A stretch of DNA of 20,000 bases from an uncultured virus (IMG/VR IMGVR_UViG_3300035093_000027) (Duplodnaviria; Heunggongvirae; Uroviricota; Caudoviricetes). The notes beneath the pieces are model-generated. The model worked only from the letters and a program-made list of their open reading frames with translations. It was not told the DNA's origin and searched no databases. Made by a program: the position numbers and the translations under genes. Shown here piece by piece: positions 8,272-15,291 of this stretch; position 1 is the first letter of the stretch; every line of letters starts with the position of its first letter. The stretch is from IMG/VR virus record IMGVR_UViG_3300035093_000027; one strand, 5' to 3'.

Positions 8272-8832
8272 ATGACCCAAGACACCAACCGCCCACGCCC
8301 GCACGTCGTGCCCGATGATCCGCCGCGGAACGAGCGGAAGGCCAAGAACCCGAACTCTGAGACGTGGCGCACCGTCAAGACCGTCGCCCTGACGACCCTC
8401 GTCAGCGCGGCCGTTCTCGGCTCGGCATCATGGGTGTGGAATACGGCGACTCGCCGCGCCACACGAGCGGCGCGTCGTCGGCAGCAGCTCGAGCAGATCG
8501 AGAGCCCATACGCGCAGGCACCCGTCTACGCCGCGGCCGCGCAGCAAGGCTACGGCTGGCCGCAGACCAACATGCGCGACGTCCCCGAGGCGCTGCGCGA
8601 CGGTCCGCGGCTGACCAACACGATGCCGCAGGCTGCTCCGCCGCCACAGGTGGTCGTTGCGCCCCCGAGCCCCGAGATCATCGCCGAGATCCGCCGACTT
8701 GGGCAGCACGTCGACAAGCGCTTCTCGAACGTCGAGCGGCGCTTCGACGCGCTCGAGAACCCCGAGCTCGACGACGACGAGATTGAGGACGAGGACGACG
8801 ACGAGGAGGATGCGCCCCGCAGGCGCAACTGA
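8272..8832 (+). CDS. Membrane-anchored protein with coiled-coil segment and acidic tail (186 aa)
   Basis: RKAKNP, then TM VALTTLVSAAVLGSASWVW; VDKRFSNVERRFDALE heptads; D/E-rich end followed by RRRN. Confidence 0.75.
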   Translation: MTQDTNRPRPHVVPDDPPRNERKAKNPNSETWRTVKTVALTTLVSAAVLGSASWVWNTATRRATRAARRRQQLEQIESPYAQAPVYAAAAQQGYGWPQTNMRDVPEALRDGPRLTNTMPQAAPPPQVVVAPPSPEIIAEIRRLGQHVDKRFSNVERRFDALENPELDDDEIEDEDDDEEDAPRRRN

Positions 8833-8835
8833 TCG

Positions 8836-9606
8836 ATGCTGTCCAAGCGCCAACGCAACGCGATCGCTCGCCAAGCGAACCGAGCTGGGAAGCTCGGGAT
8901 CTACGACCCGCAGCTTCCGTCGCCGCGATCGCTGGACGACGATGCGCGCAAGGTCTACGACAAGGCCTACGAAGAGGCGCGCAAGCAGTACAACGACGAC
9001 GAGACCGCGACCGCGACTGCGTGGCGCACGGTCCGTCTGGGGTGGCGCAAGCAGGGCAAGCGGACGTGGCAGCGATGCGCGAACGGATCGTGCGGCTGGC
9101 CCACCGCGATGGTTCTGCCGCAGCCCGGCGATCTCGTAGGACTCGGCGTGCTCGTCGAGTACGCGTTCGTCGACAAGCATGGCGAGCTTCAAGTTCGCCG
9201 CTTCGAGGGCGACGAGCCCACGCTGTACTGGGACGAGAAGAACAAGGCGATGTACGCCTTCCCGCACGCGCCGTATCAGGCGTGCTCGCTCGGCGCCAAG
9301 CCGACTTCGAACGCGCTCGACACCTACGAGCGCTGGCACCAACGGCAATCGTCGTGCTTCGACGAGATCGATATCCCAGCGGTGACGCTGCAGCCGATGG
9401 GTCCGTCGGACACGGTGAGCTACCGCAGCGACAAGTGGCACGACAAGAACATCGATCCTCGTGTCCGAGGCGCGCAGGAGTACATCCACCACCACTACAC
9501 GGACGTGTGGACGTACCAGGACACCGACGATCTCAAGCGAGCGCCCAACGCGATCTTCGTGACGGGCGGACACCTCGACCTCCACGAGCGCGGACTCATC
9601 CACTGA
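8836..9606 (+). CDS. ChaB-like N-terminal domain fused to an unknown beta-rich domain
   Basis: LDDDARKVYDKAYEEARKQYNDDETATATAWRTVRLGWRKQGKRTW matches the ChaB pattern (A..(I/V)Y..A(F/Y)..A...Y..E..A...AW..V....K....W). Confidence 0.7.
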   Translation: MLSKRQRNAIARQANRAGKLGIYDPQLPSPRSLDDDARKVYDKAYEEARKQYNDDETATATAWRTVRLGWRKQGKRTWQRCANGSCGWPTAMVLPQPGDLVGLGVLVEYAFVDKHGELQVRRFEGDEPTLYWDEKNKAMYAFPHAPYQACSLGAKPTSNALDTYERWHQRQSSCFDEIDIPAVTLQPMGPSDTVSYRSDKWHDKNIDPRVRGAQEYIHHHYTDVWTYQDTDDLKRAPNAIFVTGGHLDLHERGLIH

Positions 9607-9613
9607 GGACACC

Positions 9614-9883
9614 ATGAAGACGAACAAGATCGCCAAGAACTCCACCGGCGGACTCGCCAAGAACCCGCGCCGTCGCAACGGCTCGCTTGCGCGCGTGATC
9701 ACGGGATACGACAAGGCCTTCATGGTCATGGTGGGGGGTGCGCTCGCTGGCGCCGCCCTCGGCTACTTCGTCAAGCCGACGACGACGACCAAGACCGCGT
9801 CGAAGCGAGCTCAAGACGGCTTCGCGATCGGAGGCCTGGCTGTCGGCATTCCCGCGCTGGTCTACGCCGCGGTGAAGTCGTGA
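9614..9883 (+). CDS. Small membrane protein (2 TM) with KNPRRRN leader
   Basis: GAGGA RBS; two Gly/Ala-rich hydrophobic segments; GTGA overlap with the next gene. Confidence 0.75.
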   Translation: MKTNKIAKNSTGGLAKNPRRRNGSLARVITGYDKAFMVMVGGALAGAALGYFVKPTTTTKTASKRAQDGFAIGGLAVGIPALVYAAVKS

Positions 9884-10110
9884 AGCACTCTTCGATCACC
9901 CGCCGGCGCAACCCCAGCGCGCTGGCGATCGCTCGGACCGATCCGCTCGGCCGCATCGCGGTGCCCATGATGGCGATCGCGTTGGGTTCGGCTGCGGGGA
10001 TCCTCGCGGCCAAGCCGCTGGGGAAAACACCGATGACGGGCGGCCTCGTCGGTGCAGCAGCAGGACTGGCCGCATTTCTGCTGGTCGATCAAGTCGACCA
10101 GCGCCGCTAG
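9880..10110 (+). CDS. Small membrane protein (2 TM) with RRRNP leader
   Basis: Coupled GTG start; two hydrophobic segments. Confidence 0.72.
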   Translation: MKHSSITRRRNPSALAIARTDPLGRIAVPMMAIALGSAAGILAAKPLGKTPMTGGLVGAAAGLAAFLLVDQVDQRR

Positions 10111-10118
10111 GAGAACCC

Positions 10119-10622
10119 ATGCCTCGAGCAGCCGCCATCCAAGGTCCCGTCCACCGTCCGCAGCGCAACCCCAACCCGGCGCCTCCCACGGTACGCGACG
10201 AAGCGGAGAAGAACCCGCGTCGGCGTCGCAAAGGCAAGGGCAAGCGCCGCCGCAACCCGAAGAACCCGAAGATCTCGTACACCACGGGCGCGATCATCGG
10301 GGCGGTACTGGGCTCGATCGGCGTGGCGATCTCGAGCGCTGCGAAGGCGCCGATGCCGGTGATCTCCACGGATGCGGGCGAGTTCGCGGTCGACACGACC
10401 TCGACGACGAAGCGCGCGCTCATGGGAGCGCTGCGAGGCGCGGCCGTCGGCCTCGCGGTGGGCGTCGGCGCGACGATCGTCGCGCGCGAGCTCAAGGTCG
10501 GCGCGGCGGGGCGGATGATGAACCCGACGGGCGTCGGCTCGGCCATCGTGCTCGGATCCTCCATCGCCGCGACCACCCTCGCGGTCGACCACGGCATGAC
10601 GAAGGCATTCGAGGCTGCATGA
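10119..10622 (+). CDS. Membrane protein (about 3 TM) with an Arg-rich multi-NP leader
   Basis: AGGAG RBS; KNPRRRRKGKGKRRRNPKNP followed by glycine-zipper hydrophobic segments. Confidence 0.78.
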   Translation: MPRAAAIQGPVHRPQRNPNPAPPTVRDEAEKNPRRRRKGKGKRRRNPKNPKISYTTGAIIGAVLGSIGVAISSAAKAPMPVISTDAGEFAVDTTSTTKRALMGALRGAAVGLAVGVGATIVARELKVGAAGRMMNPTGVGSAIVLGSSIAATTLAVDHGMTKAFEAA

Positions 10623-10816
10623 AGGCGCTGTCCAAGCGCCGACCCAACCTGTCGGCCGTCGCCACCACGACGTACGTCGGCACCGCCGCGCTCGTCGGCG
10701 CGCTGTCGAGCGCGCTCAGCTACACGGTGACCCACAACAAGCGCAGCGCGATCGCCTCGGGCGTCGCCGGCGTCGCCGTGGGCCTCGTGCTGGTCGCCTC
10801 GATGAGGCACCTATGA
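10619..10816 (+). CDS. Small membrane protein (65 aa, 2 TM)
   Basis: ATGA overlaps at both ends; MKALSKRRPN leader. Confidence 0.72.
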   Translation: MKALSKRRPNLSAVATTTYVGTAALVGALSSALSYTVTHNKRSAIASGVAGVAVGLVLVASMRHL

Positions 10817-11004
10817 AACGCCGATCGAAGAAGCGCCGCCGCAACCCGGCGCGCCACACCAACCCGAGCGGTCTCATCACGACGCTGATCTGCGGAGCCG
10901 CAGCCGTCACCGGCATCACGCTGGTGTCGGTGGCGATGCAGTCGCGTCGCAACGCGGCCATCTCGATGTGCGGTCGCCTCGGCGGCCTTCCGGAGGGCGC
11001 ATGA
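10813..11004 (+). CDS. Small membrane protein (63 aa) with RRRNP leader
   Basis: ATGA overlaps at both ends; single TM. Confidence 0.72.
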   Translation: MKRRSKKRRRNPARHTNPSGLITTLICGAAAVTGITLVSVAMQSRRNAAISMCGRLGGLPEGA

Positions 11005-11228
11005 AACGACGCAATCCCGGCGCGCTGGCCACGTTCGCGTGGGCCTCGGCTTCAGCGGCGGTCGGCGGCCTCGCGGCCTACTTCACACTGCGCGAGGTGT
11101 ACGCTGCGCAGGTCGTCGAGCGGTGCGACGTCATCCGCACGTCGAAGCAGCAGATGTCGATCCAGACCGGCATGCCCACTGCCATGCTGCCGGCTGTCAC
11201 CAAGTCGCGCGCGCGCGCCTGGTTCTGA
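11001..11228 (+). CDS. Small membrane protein (75 aa) with MKRRNP leader
   Basis: GGAGG RBS and ATGA overlap; single TM. Confidence 0.75.
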   Translation: MKRRNPGALATFAWASASAAVGGLAAYFTLREVYAAQVVERCDVIRTSKQQMSIQTGMPTAMLPAVTKSRARAWF

Positions 11229-11244
11229 CCGAGGAGTCCGTCGA

Positions 11245-11964
11245 ATGGAACGCTCGAGCAACCCCCGTCGTCGTCGTGGTCGCAAGTCCCGGCGGCGCAA
11301 CCCATGGGATCGTGATGCCGCGGTCGCGCTCGGCGTCGTCGGAGGGGTGCTCGGGATCGCATCCGCCTTCGCGGCGGCCTCCACTGATCGCGTGTGGACC
11401 CGTGCGGTCGTCGCTGGGGCGACAGGCGGCGCCGCGGGTGCGGTGCTCGGTGCTCTGCTGCCCAAGGGCAAGTCGAGCAACCCGCTGCAGAACCCGATCG
11501 GCACCGCAACGGCGGTCATCGCCGGCACAGCGCTCGCGCTCGTGCCCGTGGCGGTCGCGGCCAAGGTGATGCTGCCGAAGTCCGCCGGACGCAGTGCGGC
11601 GCCGACAGTGCGCGGCAAGATGGGCGCGCACGCCATCGACGTCTACCGCAACGGTCCGACGTGGGCATGGCGGGCGCCGGACGTGAAGATCTCGAGCACG
11701 AGCAACGAGAGCATGGCAGGCGCTGGCGACACGCGTCGCGACGCCATCGTCAACGCCTACTCCGATCTCGTGATCAAGGATCTCGGACCCGACGATCGGA
11801 TCACGCTCGACTTCTATCCCGAATCGTTCCAGATCCAGGTGCTCTCGAGCAACGGATCGTGGACGTGGAACACGACGACTGGGGAAGGCGGAGTCGCGGA
11901 CAGCCGCGGCGACGCGCTCACCAAAGCCCTCGACTGGGTCGACGCGCACAGCGAGCTCGACTGA
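11245..11964 (+). CDS. Membrane protein (3 hydrophobic segments) with a duplicated C-terminal module
   Basis: GAGGAG RBS; SNPRRRRGRKSRRRNP leader; two W.W...G..D(T/S)R.DA(I/L)..A repeats. Confidence 0.8.
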   Translation: MERSSNPRRRRGRKSRRRNPWDRDAAVALGVVGGVLGIASAFAAASTDRVWTRAVVAGATGGAAGAVLGALLPKGKSSNPLQNPIGTATAVIAGTALALVPVAVAAKVMLPKSAGRSAAPTVRGKMGAHAIDVYRNGPTWAWRAPDVKISSTSNESMAGAGDTRRDAIVNAYSDLVIKDLGPDDRITLDFYPESFQIQVLSSNGSWTWNTTTGEGGVADSRGDALTKALDWVDAHSELD

Positions 11965-11978
11965 AGGAGAACACCACC

Positions 11979-12845
11979 ATGACCAAGCAACGACTCGCGC
12001 TCGCCGGCACGCGCAACCATCCGGCTCCCAATCCCGCTCCCGCTTCCAAGGGCCCCGCGCCCGAGGACAACCCGCGTCGCCGTCGACGCAAGGGCGGCGG
12101 CAAGCGTCGTCGCAAGGCGCGTCGCAACCCCGTGTCGGTCGCCGGCACGCTGGTCGCGGTGGGCCTCGGCGCCGCAGCGGTCGCCGGCGGCTACGTGGCG
12201 TATCGCGGATGGCAGCGAGTCCGCGGCCAGATGAAGATGACGCCCGGTGGCGAGATCGCCGGACTGCTGTCGAAGGGCGCGACCCTGGCCGACTCGCCGC
12301 AGATCGTGTCCGACGTGCGCATGCCCGTCCAGCTCGCGGTGAGCTCGGCCGCGATCCCGAGTGGCTACACGGGCGCGCCGACGCTGCGCGTGCTGCTGCA
12401 GAACGAGGACGGCACGTACACCGCCCGTGACGTCGCGAACGTCGCCTTCGGATTGACGTCAGGCGGCGCCACGGATGCGGTCGTGCTGTCCGGTCGCATG
12501 CCCGACGGATCGACCTTCGAGCAGCGCAACGAGTTGCCCGGCGGCGTCAGCGAGCCCGCGGTCGCGCGCCTGGTCACCGACGTCAAGGGCACACTGGCCC
12601 GCGACCTCTACGAGCGCATGCTCGCGGAGATCGTGACCAAGAAGGTCGACTGGGAGGATCCGGCGGCTCGCGACGCGTCGATCAAGCACGTGCTCGGGAT
12701 CGTCGTACCGCAGGTCGACTACAGCCGCGGCCTCGAGCCGTACTCGTTCGGCGATCTGCCGAGCTCGGTGTGGAGCGCCGCGCAGCTCATGGGCGCGCTC
12801 GCGCAGCAGTCCATGCTGAACAAGGCGCTGCAGGGCGGCGGCTGA
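11979..12845 (+). CDS. Membrane-anchored protein (288 aa) with an Arg-rich NP-bracketed leader
   Basis: AAGGAG RBS before ATG 11979; DNPRRRRRKGGGKRRRKARRNP, then a TM segment. Confidence 0.8.
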   Translation: MTKQRLALAGTRNHPAPNPAPASKGPAPEDNPRRRRRKGGGKRRRKARRNPVSVAGTLVAVGLGAAAVAGGYVAYRGWQRVRGQMKMTPGGEIAGLLSKGATLADSPQIVSDVRMPVQLAVSSAAIPSGYTGAPTLRVLLQNEDGTYTARDVANVAFGLTSGGATDAVVLSGRMPDGSTFEQRNELPGGVSEPAVARLVTDVKGTLARDLYERMLAEIVTKKVDWEDPAARDASIKHVLGIVVPQVDYSRGLEPYSFGDLPSSVWSAAQLMGALAQQSMLNKALQGGG

Positions 12846-12846
12846 C

Positions 12847-13242
12847 GTGAGCGAGGACGGCGACACCCTTCTGGCCCGCGCGTTCGCTGCAGGTGCAGCG
12901 AACGTGTCGGTGATGAAGATCGGCGACGACTACGTCGCGACGATCTCGGCGTGGCGCACGATCGATGATCATAGCGGCGTGAGCCACAGCGAGCACGCGA
13001 GCAGCCGCGGCGAAGGCTCGACGCCGGACTTCGCGATGCGCGAGGCGATCGCGAAGCTGCAGCCGACGCCGGCGATCGAGGTTCGCGAGATCAAGCGCAA
13101 CCGTGCGCTCGGCGAAGCTCGCGATGTCGTGCCCGCCGCGCTCGCCGACCGCGTCACACGGATCAAGGGATTGCTACCGCCGCCGGTCGAGCCGGCGGCC
13201 ATCGACGCGGTCGAGCGCGTCGCCGACGAGACGGGGAGCTGA
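12847..13242 (+). CDS. Hypothetical protein (131 aa)
   Basis: GTG 1 bp after the upstream stop; fills the gap in the operon. Confidence 0.65.
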   Translation: MSEDGDTLLARAFAAGAANVSVMKIGDDYVATISAWRTIDDHSGVSHSEHASSRGEGSTPDFAMREAIAKLQPTPAIEVREIKRNRALGEARDVVPAALADRVTRIKGLLPPPVEPAAIDAVERVADETGS

Positions 13243-13247
13243 GCGGC

Positions 13248-14981
13248 ATGGAGTTGGCGTGGCACCGCTTCGAGACCCACCGCAGCCCGAAGGGGCACGG
13301 GATGCGCGCCCGCGCAGGGAGCAAGACGCTCGAGGCATGGCAGGACGCCTCCGGCCGATGGCGGGTGCGATCCACAGATCGTCCACAGGACAAGCCGGAC
13401 TTACGATCCTGGTCAGAAGCGCGCGCATGGGCGGAAAAGCGCGCGTCTTCGAACCCCGTGCCCGAGCAGAACCCCCAGGTCGTCCACAGCGGTGTCACGG
13501 ATCGTGACACCCGTCGCGAACGAAAGAACGACATGTCAGCACGCAAGAATCCCTCACGCCGCTGGGTGCGTGTCCCGGGCGCATGGCTGCGCAAGGGCAT
13601 GATCGTCAAGGCGCCGTTGTGGGTGCAGCAGTTCGACGAGGATGACGACTACAAGAAGCGGCCGAAGACGGTCCCGTGGAAGAAGTTCTGGGCTCCCGAT
13701 CCGGCCCCGAAGATCTTGCGCGTCGACTACTGGGGCGACTATCACGTCGATCCGCTCGACGACGATGGCGAGAGCGATCTGCAAGCGCTCAACGACGATG
13801 GCACGGACGCATATGGATCCGTCGACCTGAACACCGCCGACTACCCCGATACATGGATGGTCGACGTCGATTCGATCGACATGGACGATGAGACCAGAGC
13901 CGAGACGCTCGCCGGCGGCTTCTATCCGCCCGACCCGAAGGAGAACCCCATGAGCGCAGCACCCAAGCCCCGCGGCAAGACCAGCAACCCGGCACAGGGC
14001 AAGCGCGGCGAGGTCGACACGACCGCGGGCGACGAACTCGAGCTCTACATCGACAACGACCAGCCGTTGTACCGCCAGTGGGAAACGATCACGGCCAACA
14101 TCGCCAAGCACAAGGCGCGCGGCAACTACAGCCACGAGCGCGCGGTCGACGGGTACATGTACCTCGTCGACGCCGGCGCGAAGAAGTACGCGAAGGAGTG
14201 GGACTCGGCGTCCAACTGGAACACGATGTTCGACTCGGCGACGCGCCGCTACGTCGCTGGCGAGTACGCCAAGAGCTTCGAGCAGAATCTGCGCGAGGAG
14301 TCCCGCTTCGCGCCGGTCAAGAAGTCGAAGAAGAACCCGCTCGCGTCCTTCGACGAGCTGTCCGCGCACGAGCAGGTCGAAGCGATCCACGCGTACGCGC
14401 GCGGTCTCGAGATCGGCTCGGGTGCCGCGGCGATGACGTACACGACCACGCCGAAGTACAACGCGTTCGTCGCCATCGGCGAGAGCGACGCGAAGACGGC
14501 GCTGACCAGCTCGCGTGCGGGCAACCCGACGCCGCCGCAGTCCGCCTGGGTCGTCGTCGAGCGCGGGCGCGCGACGGGACTGTTCTTCGCCCCCGAGGCG
14601 CTCGAGCGCACCTCGGCGAGCAAGATCCCGACCGGTCCGGCCGGGCGCCGCCGCAACGGCGCCGGACTGGGCGCCTTCCTCGGCAGCTTGGCCGGTTCGG
14701 TGGTCGGCACGGCGCTCGCGGCCGCTGGCGCGATGTCGCTGGCCAGCACGGGCGGCCTGGTGGTCGCGCCGCTGTCGCTGCTGATCTCGGCCGCGGGCGG
14801 TGCGATCGGTGGTCACGTCGGCGCATCGAGCAAGAGCAAGCGCCGCGGAGCGATCGGCGGCGGCGTCGGTGGTCTGTTCGGTCCGCTGGGCGCGGCACTG
14901 GGCGGCTACCTCGGCGGTCGCAAGGCCGACAAGCGCAAGAACCCGCGCGAGCGCGCGATCGCTCGACGCCTGACGGCGTGA
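13248..14981 (+). CDS. Polyprotein-like multi-module protein (577 aa) with NP-delimited domains and a C-terminal glycine-zipper membrane segment
   Basis: GGGAG RBS; eight NP motifs in basic linkers; acidic module, ELELYIDND module, GxxxG-rich C-terminus. Confidence 0.8.
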   Translation: MELAWHRFETHRSPKGHGMRARAGSKTLEAWQDASGRWRVRSTDRPQDKPDLRSWSEARAWAEKRASSNPVPEQNPQVVHSGVTDRDTRRERKNDMSARKNPSRRWVRVPGAWLRKGMIVKAPLWVQQFDEDDDYKKRPKTVPWKKFWAPDPAPKILRVDYWGDYHVDPLDDDGESDLQALNDDGTDAYGSVDLNTADYPDTWMVDVDSIDMDDETRAETLAGGFYPPDPKENPMSAAPKPRGKTSNPAQGKRGEVDTTAGDELELYIDNDQPLYRQWETITANIAKHKARGNYSHERAVDGYMYLVDAGAKKYAKEWDSASNWNTMFDSATRRYVAGEYAKSFEQNLREESRFAPVKKSKKNPLASFDELSAHEQVEAIHAYARGLEIGSGAAAMTYTTTPKYNAFVAIGESDAKTALTSSRAGNPTPPQSAWVVVERGRATGLFFAPEALERTSASKIPTGPAGRRRNGAGLGAFLGSLAGSVVGTALAAAGAMSLASTGGLVVAPLSLLISAAGGAIGGHVGASSKSKRRGAIGGGVGGLFGPLGAALGGYLGGRKADKRKNPRERAIARRLTA

Positions 14982-14982
14982 C

Positions 14983-15291
14983 ATGGCACGGCGGCGCAAC
15001 CCGATCCCGGTATGGCTGTGGGCCCTGCCGGTGGGCGCCGTCGCCGTAGCGGCCGTCGTCGTCGCGCGGCGCCGCAGCGCTGGCGACGGGTCGATCTACC
15101 TGTACTGGTCCGAGCTGCTGCCGCGCGGCTACAAGGACACGTACCCCGGCTACGTCCCGCACATCCAGCGCGAGGACGGCACCGAGCACGTCGTGCTCGA
15201 CGGTCGGCTGGCGGAGGCTGAGGCCGAGCGCGACGCGATCAACGAGATCGAGAGACGCGCAGGGATCCCGCGTCCCGGGAGACCTGCGTGA
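14983..15291 (+). CDS. Small membrane-anchored protein with MARRRNP leader
   Basis: ATG 1 bp after the upstream stop; TM IPVWLWALPVGAVAVAAVVVA; GTGA overlap with the next gene. Confidence 0.78.
   Translation: MARRRNPIPVWLWALPVGAVAVAAVVVARRRSAGDGSIYLYWSELLPRGYKDTYPGYVPHIQREDGTEHVVLDGRLAEAEAERDAINEIERRAGIPRPGRPA

Noticed and set aside
8066..8296. Extended 153-aa version of the antitoxin ORF
   Set aside because: The AbrB signature begins at ATG 8065 and the extension overlaps the predicted promoter and the divergent gene start
9614..15291. RR-containing leaders as Tat signal peptides
   Set aside because: They lack the S/T-R-R-x-F-L-K consensus, and the same RRNP motif occurs internally and in soluble proteins
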